Below, piece after piece: positions 15,399 to 29,045 of a stretch of 64,000 nucleotides of DNA. The stretch covers positions 5,270,001 through 5,334,000 of the forward strand of contig OX597829.1 in assembly GCA_951406725.2 (NCBI GenBank), given 5' to 3'. How positions within the stretch are numbered: position 1 is the first letter of the stretch; each line of letters starts with the position of its first letter. The translations under genes were made by a program, and so were the position numbers. The notes under the pieces are model-generated. The model saw only the letters and a list, made by a program, of their open reading frames with translations, was not told the DNA's origin and made no database searches. The stretch is from Octopus vulgaris (lineage: Eukaryota).

Positions 15399-15743
15399 GA
15401 GCTTTCGTGTAACATGAAGACAGTTTGCAGCCTCGAACCGTAGATCGTAGAACTGCTGGTCAGCTGAAAACATATTCTAGAAACGTATTCCCTATTTGTG
15501 TTATGCATGGATGAATGAAGATATATCTAAATTACTGACGCATGCTAACTGAATTTGTTATGCAAAACTGAAGTTATGATGTGTAACGTGGAAGTTGCTT
15601 CCACCAAACTTAAATCTTGAACTTAATACAAAACCTAACAGCGAGTTTAATATCAAGTGAAATAACTGAGAAATGTAGGGAAATTGGAAATTGGAAATGA
15701 AACATGCAGTTTCAGAAAAGGAACTCATACTTTAAAAGCCTTT

Positions 15744-15826
<83 letters not shown>

Positions 15827-15833
<7 letters not shown>

Positions 15834-16015
15834 TAGAAAAAAACCACCTTTTATCAATTCGAAATGAATAATTAAATTACACCATCTAGAAAATTACATA
15901 TAATAGAAAAGTTTTTTTCTATTATATGTACTTTTCTATTATATGTACTTTTCTAGATGGTGTAATTTAATTATTTATTTTGAATTGATAAAAGGTGGGT
16001 TTTTTCTAATATTTT
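15827..16015. repeat. About 190 bp near-perfect AT-rich palindrome between (TA)n tracts
   Basis: aaaatattagaaaaaaaccaccttttatcaattc...tacaccatctagaaaa mirrored by ttttctagatggtgta...gaattgataaaaggtgggttttttctaatatttt. Confidence 0.9.
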
Positions 16016-16112
16016 ATATATATATTATATTGTGTGTAATTTAATTTAGTATTTCTAAATTGAATTCTTTTTCCTTGTAAGTTTGGATTTTATTCCCTTA
16101 AATAATAATTAT

Positions 16113-16148
<36 letters not shown>

Positions 16149-16149
<1 letters not shown>

Positions 16150-17275
16150 TAGCACTATGACCTGTCGTTGCCGGGTCATAGTGCTAGTGCATGTATATAT
16201 GTGTATATATATGTGTACATATTACATGTACATCTACACATAAAATACAAAATCCAAAGTTATGTCTTGATATCGCTAGTGATAACTATACTCAAAATAT
16301 ATAACAGACTGGAATTGTTAGCCCGTCTCTTGTAATTTCGATCAATTGTATCTCGTCCTCCATCTTGTATAGAAGTGTGGCTACAATCCAGCCTACCTCA
16401 ACTTCGGGGAAAGGGCATTTTTAATTTTTATCCAGCACGTCCTACGTCCCAGATATAAAGGTAAAAATAAAATATTTCCACTTTGCAAGTTCGAGTCGAG
16501 TACTCCCTTGCACGCTCCGTTGACTCAAACTTTGCTTCTATTGTGGCGAATTTACCGCCTCTGGTTAGATATCTTTCATAGTCGAACCAAGACACTTTTC
16601 GATGGTGCTTTCCTCCAGGTGTTCAAATCTTTTTTCTCTACATTGTACACTTTATAGACAATAGTCTTTTCTTTAGTTTAATTTTTTATTATCCATTTCT
16701 GCACGTTAATTTTATTTTTGATTTATTCCCATTCATGTGAAACCACTTATTCAAGTTCAAGTCATTGATGCAATTTTATACCAATTGCTATTTTTACTTT
16801 TGTTATGTTACGATTATATTATACTTTAGTTTGATTTTAATTATTACTTACTACATATAATTCAGTTGTTATTATTATTTTTATTGTTAAAGTGAAAGTA
16901 TCTGACATAAAATAGAGATATGTTTTTGTTTCACTTTTAACACGTAATACTGAAATAGTGGAGAAGATATGATATTGCTATGGGCTCGCTCTAGGCAAGA
17001 AGTTGAACATTTTTTTGCACATGAAACTACATGGACCCTAAGTAAGGTATGTGTAAAATTTCAATGAAATTGGTTGTGTAGTTCTCAAGTTTTAGGGAAT
17101 CGTAGTGGAGAAGATATGATATTGCTGTGGGCTCGCCCTAGGCAAAAAGTTGAACATTTTTTTTCTGATGACACTCCCTGGACCCCAAGTAAGACATGTG
17201 TAAAATTTGAATGAAATTGGTTGCGTAGTTCTCAAGTTTTAGGCACACACACATTCTCAGTTTTATATATATAGA
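16149..17275 (-). mobile_element. Non-autonomous Helitron-like element carrying an ORF1-like gene fragment
   Basis: Minus-strand 5' TCTATATATATAAAA at 17275; 3' hairpin tagcactatgacc...ggtcatagtg followed by CTAA|T; internal tandem duplication at 16956-17243. Confidence 0.7.
16270..16690 (-). pseudogene. Frameshifted fragment of L1/Tx1-type ORF1 (same family as 51030-52360)
   Basis: YLTRGGKFATIEAKFESTERAREYST/LQSGNILFLPLYLGRRTCWIKIKN/PEVEVGWIVATLL aligns by eye with FFTRGKEYGTIITITFATEEDARS...SLIPNTPGKRLVKIRVGRIPPMIEPEWVIVEIF. Confidence 0.7.
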
Positions 17276-17459
17276 TATATATAATGTTGTTAAATGCTCG
17301 AAATGCAAGACAGCCAACAACTGATGAAAGGTCGTTCTTTATGTTATTTGTTTTGTTTTCCATTTGTGTCTTTCGTTGTTCGAAAGAATAGTTCAATTTA
17401 CACGTAGTCGTGCTTCGGTTTGCTTTGTTGTACACGTTTTGTGACGTCCTGTGCCCACA

Positions 17460-17498
<39 letters not shown>

Positions 17499-17556
17499 GT
17501 ATAGATGTAAATATGTACATATACGTAAGCATATATGCATATATATATATATATTA

Positions 17557-17904
17557 TCTCTCTATATATAAACGGCAAAATGTCTCTGTGTGTGTGTGTA
17601 TCCTTTATACAAATCCACAATTTTTCAGTTAGAGAGCTCGCACTTTCTATGGTCATTCAAAACATCTTTACATTTCCCCAGTTACCCCGCAAAGCCATTA
17701 AAAATCAATAGAAGTGACTTTTTTGTGAATTTTCTATCCAAAACTCAATCAAAATGCCCGAAACTTGATAGGCCAATGGAATGCCAGCTAGCTGTATGTG
17801 ATTGGTCGAAGATTTGAACAGTGCTCGCGTGTATGTGCGCACGCACGCAGCAGTATATGCATGCACTAGCATTATGACCCGGCGTTGTCGGGTCATAGTG
17901 CTAG
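17557..17904 (+). mobile_element. Non-autonomous Helitron-like element
   Basis: A|TCTCTCTATATATAAA 5' end; 3' hairpin tagcattatgacccggcgttgtcgggtcatagtg then CTAG|T. Confidence 0.8.
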
Positions 17905-17953
<49 letters not shown>

Positions 17954-18642
17954 ACATATATAATCATCTTCCTCCTCATCATCATCATCTTCACCACTGT
18001 TTTTAAGTCTATTTTCCCATGGGTTGCTGGAAAGGATTCCATGAAACTTTATTGATTTAAACGTTCAAATGCTTTTCTTGCCGAAATTCTTTATGTTTCA
18101 AATAATTGTTGAGATAGCGTATGTTTGTTTTTTAATTCTTATTTTTATTCTACTGATGGTCATATAGCTGCTGAGCTACAGAACATTTGTTTATCAAAGA
18201 AAGTGAACACTCCTTGAACAGTCCTTGTTTCCCCTTAAGTCTATTTGGAAATTGAACCGTTTTTTTTCAAGACGTGGCTTGCATGCCTTTAGGTCAAGGC
18301 TAACACGTTGACTAGCTTCTCAATGAAGGGACTTTGTGTAAACTGATACTAGCCACCTGTTCCCCGTTTTATGATCGTCTACACCGCAGCAGATTTCTCA
18401 AAGAAATTATAAACATTGGCGGCTGGAGCAAAGGATTGTGCAAGAAATAAGCATGACATCCACATATGATATCATGGTCAGCGAGCGGATAATGAAGGCG
18501 CCTTGAAATTGCAAAATATTTACGTCTCAATATTCAGAACAGTTTCTTTTCAATCCTGTTTTCGGATATACAAAATAAACAACCAAAGAATTAAATCGGG
18601 CAATTTCGCATTAATCGAAAGTTATAAAAAAAAAAAAAAAAG

Positions 18643-18719
<77 letters not shown>

Positions 18720-19347
18720 AGAAAAAGTCCTTTCAGAATCAGAACAGTTTGCACTTGTTTTGCATTAACTGTGCTTTATTTGACATCAAATAGCTTTGAA
18801 GTTGACTCTGGGTCGTTTCTGCGGAGCATATTGTCAGTGCTGAAACAATGGATGAAGAAGAATCAACATGAATGAGCACAAACTGAGAGAGGAGAGAGGG
18901 GGTGGGTGGAGAGGGGGGAGAGAGAGAGAGACAGACAGAGACAGAGAGGGAGAAGTGTGATGAAAAGAAGAGCAGTGGGCAGAAGGACTGGAAGAACTTC
19001 GGGAAAACGAATCGATGTGAGAAAAATGAAGGAGAAACAGTTGCTTGATTTGAGAAATACTCAAAAACAAAAATATCTGAGATACGACAAGAGAATGAAC
19101 ATGGCTTTCTTCCTCCGTAAACCCAATCCATTGTTTATCATAGAAATCAAAATTTTTAACAAACCAAACGAATCTTCAGAATAAAACTAAAGAAAATATA
19201 ATTTCGAAAAGCAGGGAACGTTCGTGAGTCATGTTATACATTATAGCCATAATGTATAGCTAATTGCTAACCCACGAAAAGTGCTGACCCCAAATAAAAA
19301 GAGAGCGTGATGCATCGATTCATACATTATACACATAAACCTCAAAT

Positions 19348-19393
<46 letters not shown>

Positions 19394-19463
19394 ACCAGGA
19401 GAGAAGATGCAGATAAGATTAATTAAAGTTAATTAATACAATGACAAATGAGACCTACAAGTG

Positions 19464-19790
<327 letters not shown>

Positions 19791-19920
19791 GCCTGGTACT
19801 TATGCTATCGACTCCGAAAAGATAAAAAGCAAAGTCGACCTCTGTGGAATTTGCACCCAGGACGTAGGGAAGGACGAAAAGCCGCTAAGCATTTTGCCTG
19901 GCGTTTTAGTTTTTAGCCAG
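19791..19920 (-). mobile_element. SINE family B, degenerate
   Basis: ctggtacttat..tcgactccgaaaagataaaaagcaaagtcgacc. Confidence 0.7.
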
Positions 19921-21342
19921 TTGAGTGATTAGTGGTGAATTCGTTTTAATAATTGAGAACTCCTTGCCCTACACGAAACTCTGACTGATACAGTGCAGGT
20001 GTGTGCACATGAGCGCGCGCGTCACCGTTTTACTTTCAATTTCCTGTCTGGTACGGTTCAACGGGTCATCACGGTTCAAATTTGTTTGGCTTAATCTCTA
20101 TGGCGGGATGTCTTTCCTAACACCAACCACTTTCCGTAGTGTACTGTGTGCATTTTTTCACGGAACCACTAATGGAGAGGTTCCCAGGTACTCGACGAGA
20201 CCGAAAGGTCCTTCCAACCCTACACTTAACAGTGCACCGAATGCAATTTATCGTTACACCGTAGTAAAGAAGTCGCCATGTCCTATATTAAGTTAAAGGA
20301 TTCTCTAAACCCCATGCTTCCACTCAGTCGCCAGTCACTTGGTGAAAGTACTAGAGAGTTTGCATCATTCTACAAAGTGTGCTTACTTTGGACTAAGTGG
20401 CTGAGGAAGTGATTGGTAATGATGAAGGAAAAGCTATGATGAACGGATGAGAGAAACAAATGAATATAATGGGAGGGCGGCAGAAGAGATGAAACTGTGA
20501 GGAAGGTAACAGAAGTGGGTAAATGTGGCAAAAGTAAATGATAAATGTCAATACCAGGTAGCTCGGGGAAGGAATCAGAAGAATCTCATTCACTTCAGAC
20601 TTACCACAGTACCCTTGAGCAGAAGTTCATTTACAGAATGTGCTGGGTGTATTATATGGTAGGACCTGAACTAAAAGGCATTCGTTGTACCGCGGAAATG
20701 TGAAAAGTACGCAGTATATTGAGGCACGTACGTACCCTTAAGACAAGCTGTCTTTGGGTGTGATGAGAGAGAGAGACTAAAGACAGGAAAGTTAGGGTAG
20801 ATAAATAAAAGAAGCAAATAATATGCTGCTTAAGTGAAAAAGATTGAAGGTAGAGCGTATTGGGTACAACGGGTCTAGTGCAGTCTCTTATATATATAGA
20901 GAGAGCTCGTGGTGAGCAAGAAAATTGCAATTATATGGAGATAAAATGTGGGTGGGTCCCATATCATCCGTCGTTATACGAACGGCTTGAGTGCCGGAGA
21001 GATGACTAATAGAGATAAGAATGAGACAGAAATGAGTAAGAGAGAGAGAGATGAGACGGTGTTGATATGTTAAAGAGGAGGCAGAAGTGGACTTGACATA
21101 TATACACTCGCATATATACACACATATACAAAAAACATGTAGACATATATATATACATATTTAAAAGACAGTCTTCATCACTGCCAGTGGGGCTTTTTTG
21201 TTTTTCAACATGTGATTCGCCCCATGCCTTCCGTGTGTGGTCAGGTATTTTCCCTGGTCAGGTATTTTCCCTGGTCAGGTATTTGTCATCTCAACCATGA
21301 TTGTAACAAGGATGAGATCAACCTTTACTTTGTCGCACATGT

Positions 21343-21363
21343 TTCTTTCTTTCTTTCTTTATT

Positions 21364-21423
<60 letters not shown>

Positions 21424-21511
21424 TCCTTCCTTCCTTCTTTCATTCTTTCTTTCTTTCTTTCATTATTTATTTCCTTATTTCCTTCTTTCTTTCTTTCTTT
21501 CTTTTCTTCCT

Positions 21512-21571
<60 letters not shown>

Positions 21572-21631
21572 TCCTTCTTTCATTCTTTCTTTCTTTCTTT
21601 CATTATTTATTTCCTTCTTTCCTTCTTTCCT

Positions 21632-21671
<40 letters not shown>

Positions 21672-21696
21672 TGTTTCTTTCTTTCTTTATTTCGTG

Positions 21697-21759
<63 letters not shown>

Positions 21760-21852
21760 TCCTTCTTTCCTTCTTTCTTTCTTTCTTTCTTTCTTTCTTT
21801 CCTTCCTTCCTTCTTTCATTCTTTCCTTTCTTTCTTTCATTATTTATTTCCT

Positions 21853-21904
<52 letters not shown>

Positions 21905-22129
21905 TCCTTTCTTTCTTTCCTTCTTTCATTCATTCTTTCTTTCTTTCTTTCCTTCTTTCTTTCCTTCTTTCCTTCATTCTTTCCTTCCTTCTATCTTTCT
22001 TTCTTTCTTTCTTTCCTTCTTTCTCTCCTTCTTTCCTTCTTTCTTTCTTTCCTTCTTTCTCTCCTTCTTTCCTTCTTTCTTTCTTTCCTTCTTTCTTTCT
22101 TTCTTTCTTTCCTTCTTTCTTTCTTTCCT

Positions 22130-22165
<36 letters not shown>

Positions 22166-22347
22166 TCCTTCTTTCCTTCTTTCTTTCCTTCCTTCTTTCT
22201 TTCCTTCTTTCCTTCTTTCCTTCTTTCTTTCTTTCCTTCTTTCTTTCTTTCTTTCCTTCTTTCTCTCCTTCTTTCCTTCTTTCTTTCTTTCATTTTCTTT
22301 CTTTCTTTCTTTCTTTCTTTCATTCTTTCTTTCTTTATTTATTTCCT

Positions 22348-22383
<36 letters not shown>

Positions 22384-22615
22384 TCCTTCTTTCTTTCCTT
22401 CTTTCCTTCTTTCCTTCTTTATATATTTCCTTCTTTCTTTCTTTCTTTCTTTCTTTCTTTCCTTCTTTCTTTCCTTCTTTCCTTCTTTCCTTATTTCCTT
22501 CTTTCTTTCTTTCTTTCTTTCTTTCCTTCTTTCTTTCCTTCTTTCCTTCTTTATTTATTTCCTTCTTTCTTTCTTTCTTTTTTCTTTCCCTTCTTTCTTT
22601 CTTCCTTTCTTTCTT
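21343..22615. repeat. 1.27 kb (TTTC)n/(TTCC)n polypyrimidine array
   Basis: Directly visible. Confidence 0.97.
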
Positions 22616-23029
22616 TAGTCAGTTTTGCTCTCCCTCCACAGGCTCCATTTACTCTCAGTGTGTGTTCACTTATACAACTGGCTCTCCGCTCTTATACGCA
22701 TCACACGCTCGTACAAGTGAAGTCTTCTTTCTAGCACAACACATTTGATTCCTCTTATTCCTCACCTCATTACACATCCAGCAAAGCGTACTTGTTTTCC
22801 TTCCTCTGCAGTCAAGGAACATGCTTCGCTACTAAGAAACATTGCACTTGCTAGACACGCATTTGACAATATGGCTTCCACCCTGAAAATAAAAGCCTTT
22901 CATTGCTGGCAGTCATAATAGCTCTACGAAGTTTTCCCAACAAGCTCTTACACCGTTTACGAAGTTTTCTGGATATCAGGACCATTACTAATTAGACCAC
23001 TAAATTAGTAAATGACTTCAACAAATTTT

Positions 23030-23605
23030 AGTGTGTTACGTGGTAAGAAACTTGCTTCCCAACGACATGGTTCCGGGTTCAGTCCCACAGTGTAGCTCCT
23101 ACCCTGATGTAATCCTCCAGGGATACAGGCATCAAGCAACAGGACCTCCATAATGCTATGATGGACCGTGAGGTCTGGCGTAGCATGGTAAATTCCATTG
23201 TCTCGACCACGGTCGAACAATGATGATGATGATGTAGCTCCTTGGCTAAGTGTCACCTTCAATAGCCTCGATTGGAGCGAGGCTATTGTGAGTGGATTTG
23301 GTTGACGGAAACTGAAAGAAGCCCGTCGTATATACTTACATATACACGCACGCGCATGTTTGTATATATATCTATGTGTGTGTGTCTTTGTGTTTATGTT
23401 TATTCTCCCACCAGCACTTCACCACCTGTGTTGGTGTGTTTACGTCCCTGTAACTTAGCGGTTCGTCAAAAGTGTCCATAGAATAAAGCACCAGACTTTG
23501 AAAAAAATGTATTAGGGTCTATTCACTCGACTAAAATTCCTTCGAGGTACTGCCCCGGTTTGGCCACAGTTTATTGACCGAAACAAGTGAAAGATAAAAG
23601 AAAGA
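23030..23605 (+). mobile_element. SINE family A copy interrupted by a 5'-truncated LINE
   Basis: tggtaagaaacttgcttcccaac...ggttcagtccc; ...actgaaagaagcccgtcg; tail gaccgaaacaagtgaaag. Confidence 0.8.
23101..23232 (+). mobile_element. 5'-truncated RTE-type LINE 3' end with (GAT)n tail and 10 bp target-site duplication
   Basis: RDTGIKQQDLHNAMMDREVWRSMVNSIVSTTVEQ*; TSD tgtagctcct at 23091-23100 and 23233-23242. Confidence 0.8.
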
Positions 23606-24366
23606 TGACCTTCCGAACGTTGGCTAGAATCTATTTCCCGTGAGCTTTTAGTGCTTGTGGTCCCTATGCCTTGGCACATGTCAAGTCTACCTTCTCTGTT
23701 ACCTGTTATCCAAATAAATCACATGTACCCACAGTTTACACCGAGCATACTGTATCGAATTTCAACATTTTTTCTTTTTTTTTTTCTTTTTCCAAGTAGG
23801 ATGTAATCATATTGTGGCAAAGTTCCACCTTTTCTCCTATTGTATTAATATTTTACTCTTCACTAAGTTAATATTGAGGCCAACATCTGGAATTTCTTCT
23901 TTAAATCCGCTACTGATTCCGTTATTTGAACTGGATCATCAACACAGATTTTACCATGGACAGTCGGTCGTTGATATTTTTGTTATAAATTAGAGTATTA
24001 TAATTAAGAGAGGGGTCTAAGAACAAAACTCTGATGAACTCCGACCCGTACACTAAATTAGTTGTCGAGTATATTACTGTTTGGCGCCTTGTTGCTCGAG
24101 CTTTTGTAAACGGTGTATACAACTCTTACAAGCCTTTTGTCTAATCCTAGTTTTGTATATGCATGTAGATATTTATGCATATATGTCTGATGTAGAAATG
24201 TGTATGTGTGTGTAGTGATAAATGATGCATAAATACATACATATATACATGAATATGTGCCTGTGTGTGTGTCTCTGTGTGTGTGTGTGTCTGTGTGTGT
24301 GTGTGTGTAAATAGATACACAACGTGGTGAAAGCTATGTATCTTGGAAAGGGTGGGACTGTCAGAA

Positions 24367-24920
24367 TGTATGTATGTATATATGTATGTATGTATGCATG
24401 CATGTATGTATGTAAGCATGTATGTATGTATGGATGTATGTATTTATGTATGATGTATGTATGTATGTATGTATGGATGGATGTATGTATGTATGTACGC
24501 ATGTATGTATGTATGCATGAATGCATGTATGTATGAATGTATGTATATATGTATGTATGTGTGTGTGTATGTATGTATGTGTTTATGTATGCATGCATGT
24601 ATGTATGTATGTATGCATGTATGCATGTATGCATGTATGTATGTATGTATGTATGCATGTATGCATGTATGCATGTATGTATGTATGTATGCATGTATGT
24701 ATGTATGTATGCTTGTATTTATGTATCTATGTATGTATGTTGGTACGTATGTATGTACGTATGCGCGTTTGTATGTATGTACATACGAACGTGTGTACGT
24801 ACGTTTGTATGTACGTACGTGTGTATGTACGTATGTACGTCCATGCTTATGTATATATGTACGTATGTACATATGCGTATATATGTGTGCATGCATACGT
24901 GCATGCGTGTATGTGTGCGC

Positions 24921-24958
<38 letters not shown>

Positions 24959-24960
24959 AT
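24367..24960. repeat. (ATGT)n/(GT)n compound microsatellite
   Basis: Directly visible. Confidence 0.95.
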
Positions 24961-25509
24961 GCCTTGCCCTTTCAGGAATGCAGCCAGCCGGATATTAGCT
25001 CTTTGGGATCCGGCAAAGACAAAGTAGTTGTTCACTAAAATGAAAAATATATAAATAAATAAAAAAAAAACGAAAAAAAAACAAATTAATGAAAATAAAA
25101 TCCTTAACGACTGTCGTGAAAAAGATGAATGAAACGTTCATATGTTCAGCTAATGATTCTAGTAACTAATTAAAATTACATCGTTATCTTGTTTTTGTTG
25201 TTTTTGTAGAAGTGTGTTCACAATTGTTCAATTCTATTTTGATATCTCTCTCTCTCTCTCACTCTCTCTCATTCTCGCTCACTGAATATGTATATATATA
25301 TGTGTCTGTATGTATGTGTGTATATATATATATATAATATATATACATAAACATATACATATATATGTACAGGATATATATATACATATATGCATATATA
25401 TATAGATGCATGCTTATATACATACACGTATAGGCATATATATACTTATATACATAAATATATACATATATATCTTCATAGATATATATATACATACATA
25501 TATACATGT

Positions 25510-25556
<47 letters not shown>

Positions 25557-25589
25557 AACATACATATATATGTATATGTACGTACATAT

Positions 25590-25815
25590 TACTCTTTTAC
25601 TCTTTTACTTGTTTGAGTCATTTGACTGCAGCCATGCTGGAGCACCGCCTTTAGTCGAGCAAATCGAAATCCAGGACTTATTCTTTGTAAGCCTAGTACT
25701 TATTCTATCGGTGTCTTTTAGCGAACCGCTAGGATACACCAGTATCGGTTGTCAGGCGATGTTGGGGGGACAAACACAGACACACAAACGCACGCACACA
25801 CACACACGCACGCAG

Positions 25816-25870
<55 letters not shown>

Positions 25871-26028
25871 CGACAGGCTTGTTTCAGTTTCCGTCTACCA
25901 AATCAACAAGGATTTGGTCGGCCCGAGGCTATAGTAGAAGACACTTGACCAAGGTGCCACACAATAGGACTGAACCTGGAATCATGTGGTTAGTAAGCAA
26001 GCTACTTACCACACAGCCACTCCTGCGG
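25590..26028 (-). mobile_element. SINE family A, near full length
   Basis: Reverse complement of the 45575-46034 element with internal (CA)n/(TA)n. Confidence 0.9.
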
Positions 26029-26514
26029 CTGTATGTGTATATTTATGTATGTATATCTGTGTGTGTATATCTATATTTATATATATGTATATTTATATAT
26101 ATATATATATGTATATCAATATATATATATATATGCATGTATATATATGCCACAGCATGGCCACAGCTCATGAGCTGAAACTAGATAAGATAAGATAAGA
26201 TATATATATATATATGAATATATGTATAAGTATATATATGTATGTATATGTATGTATATATATGCATATATATACATACATTTACAGAGCAAATAGATCG
26301 GGAGAAAATATTTCCGAAGATATTGACTCCATTATTCTCTAGTGTAGCAATTTATAATAATAGCGTCAATAATATCTTCGCAGATATTTTTTTCTCCTGA
26401 ATTATTTGCTCCGTACTGAAATTATTTTCACACTGATGGCTGACATGATTCGGCGCAAAACGAATCAGTTGCAGCACAACAGACGGCGACGGGTTGGGGC
26501 TTTCCATCATGGTA

Positions 26515-26567
26515 ATGCGTGCTGAGGAAGATGAGGCTATAATGCCAGTCCAGAAACCGGTCCACAT
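26515..26567 (+). ncRNA. Type I hammerhead ribozyme motif, partly degenerate stem II
   Basis: gtg-CTGAGGA-...GGCtataatGCC...-GAAA-CCGG-T-C-cac; palindromic stem III ACCGGT, GUC site. Confidence 0.6.
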
Positions 26568-26805
26568 GATTCCTATTACTTGAATGTATGCTGAGAGATT
26601 GTCCTAGCCCGTTTTGCCCGCAGACGGTTGATTTCTGTAGTTTTTATCAGTGTTCTTCTCGACGAGTCAAATAAGAGTTTTGACTGTTATTTCCAGCCGG
26701 TAGACATACTTAGTGTGTCCTTTGATTAATTTTAATCCTTCAGCTATTTTATACATACATATATAAATAAATATAAACCACATGTGATGTGAGATATACA
26801 TAGAT

Positions 26806-26837
<32 letters not shown>

Positions 26838-27045
26838 GTATGTATGTATATATATATATATATATTGGTAAAAACGGTAAGATAACAAAAGAAAGAAAGA
26901 GACCTCAATATTATGTAAATAGAGGAATTCATCTGTAAATGTAATATGTGGCAATTATTCGGTAGCCAAAATGAAACTCTGAGTTTCGGATGCCGAAGTG
27001 GAATATATCTGTAAATGTAATACGTGACAATTATTCGGTAGCCAA

Positions 27046-27106
27046 GATAAAACTCCGAGTTTCGGATGCCGAGGTGGAAATTCACGTCGCTATCTCTTCA
27101 GTTATC
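27046..27106 (-). ncRNA. Type I hammerhead ribozyme motif
   Basis: GATAA-CTGAAGA-(imperfect long stem II)-GAAA-CTCGGAG-T-T-TTATC. Confidence 0.7.
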
Positions 27107-27192
27107 CGGCCATCGGAAAAACGGGGACGTAAAAACACTAGGATAGCGTTTTATCCGATGGCCGGATAATGTTCATACATATATATATATAT

Positions 27193-27397
27193 ATTCTTTT
27201 ATTCTTTTACTTGTTTCAGTCATTTGACTGCGGCCATGTTGGAGCACTGCCTTTCGTCGAACAAATCGACCCCAGGACTTATTCTTTGTAAGCCTAGTAT
27301 TTATTCTATCGGTCTCTTTTGCCGAACCGCTAAGCTACGGGGACGTAAACACACCAGCATCGGTTGTCAAGCGATGTTTGTGGAAACAAACACAGAC
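27193..27397 (-). mobile_element. SINE family A 3' half
   Basis: cttttacttgtttcagtcatttgactgcggccatg...gccgaaccgctaag...cggttgtcaagc. Confidence 0.85.
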
Positions 27398-27672
27398 GCG
27401 GCATTACGAATACATGTTTGCTTTCTCGTTGGCAATGCTTTTCCCTGTGTATATGAATAAATATTTAGTTATTTTCCCAAATAAATTGCAATTCATGTTT
27501 AAGGCTCCGGTGAAGCCTTAAAGTGTTACTCAGTCGCTCAGTTATGAGTCCAACGTATTTTATAGAAGAAACAGGTGTAACCTAATTTTGTTCACGAGGT
27601 AATAGGTTGTTACATTGTCATCTTGTTTTCTTGTGTGTGTGTGTGTGTGTGTGTGCGTGTGTGTGTGTGTGT

Positions 27673-27723
<51 letters not shown>

Positions 27724-28060
27724 ATAACTACTAGTTAGACCCATGAAAAATTCACGGAAAATATGAAAAATGTAAACGTGTGTAAATCGTGTGCCGGTGC
27801 CATAAGAAATGTTTCTATATTGTGTGACAGTTAGAGAATATAGAAAGAAGGGTAAAACCAATGACTATATCTGAGTGCAACCAAATACACCACTATGCTT
27901 TTTTTGAGAATATAGAAAGAAGTGTAAAACCGATGACTATATAATCCAACCAAAATATCTCAGTTACACAAACATAAACAGAATTACTATTTAGCCTTAG
28001 AATACATCGTACATATTCAGAGAACATTCTTGGTTTAGGGGCACGGAATGTTCTTCTGGT

Positions 28061-28360
28061 ATTCTTTTATTCTTTTACTTGTTTCAGTCATTTGACGGTG
28101 GCCATGCTGGAGCACCGTATTTTAGTCGAAGAAATCGACCCCTGGACTTATTCTAACAGTTTCTTATGCCAAACAGCTAAGTTACAGGGGCGCAAACACA
28201 CCAACATCGGTTGTCAAACAATGGTGGTGGGGCGGCAAACGCAGACACACACACACGCATATATATACACACATACATATATATGAGGTGCTTCTTTCAG
28301 TCTCCGTCTACCAAATTCACGCTCGAGGCTTTGGTCGGCCTGGGGTTATAAGTAGAAAAC
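28061..28360 (-). mobile_element. SINE family A, 5' truncated
   Basis: Same diagnostic blocks as other family A copies. Confidence 0.85.
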
Positions 28361-28633
28361 ACTGTTTAAAGTAAAGAGTTGGATTTTATGTAGCCACCAT
28401 AGAGGGTATTATCCATTTTTCTGGGTTCTTTTCACAGTTATACCCCGTTCGAAATTTCCATCAGATTTTTGTATGGAGATAAAAGGAAGGTGGTGGTGGG
28501 GGTGGTGGGGCTTTTGTTTGAAGTTTGTAGAGAAAATGTTAAACGTGCCTGAAAAAGAAACATGATCTTTCCCACCAACTAAAAGACATGAAGAACTATG
28601 GAAAGAAGGCGAATAAAACTGGTGAGAGGAGAA

Positions 28634-28678
<45 letters not shown>

Positions 28679-28770
28679 AATACTCGATCTTTCTAGAACT
28701 CCCAGAATAAAAACGTAAACACCTGAAAGACTTTCCCTCTCTATTCATTATTAAATGCCTTTCGCTCTTC

Positions 28771-28847
<77 letters not shown>

Positions 28848-28850
<3 letters not shown>

Positions 28851-28995
28851 CGTGACTGTGTGATAAGAAGCTTGCTCCCCAACCACTTGGTTCCTGGTTC
28901 AGTCCCACTACGTGGTAACTTAGGCAAATATATTCTACTATAATCTCAAGCCGGCCAAAGCCTTGTGAGTAGATTTGGAAACTGAAATAAAACTG

Positions 28996-29045
<50 letters not shown>

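Noticed and set aside
17325-17350. CTGATGA-AAGG...CTTT as a complete hammerhead
   Set aside because: The hairpin is not followed by GAAA; only a truncated remnant lies upstream.
18130-18880. Unique-looking blocks with TCF/Sox-like motifs (possible enhancer)
   Set aside because: Short motifs only; cannot be supported without conservation data.
21212-22748. FLS-rich 350-500 aa ORFs
   Set aside because: Translations of (TTTC)n.
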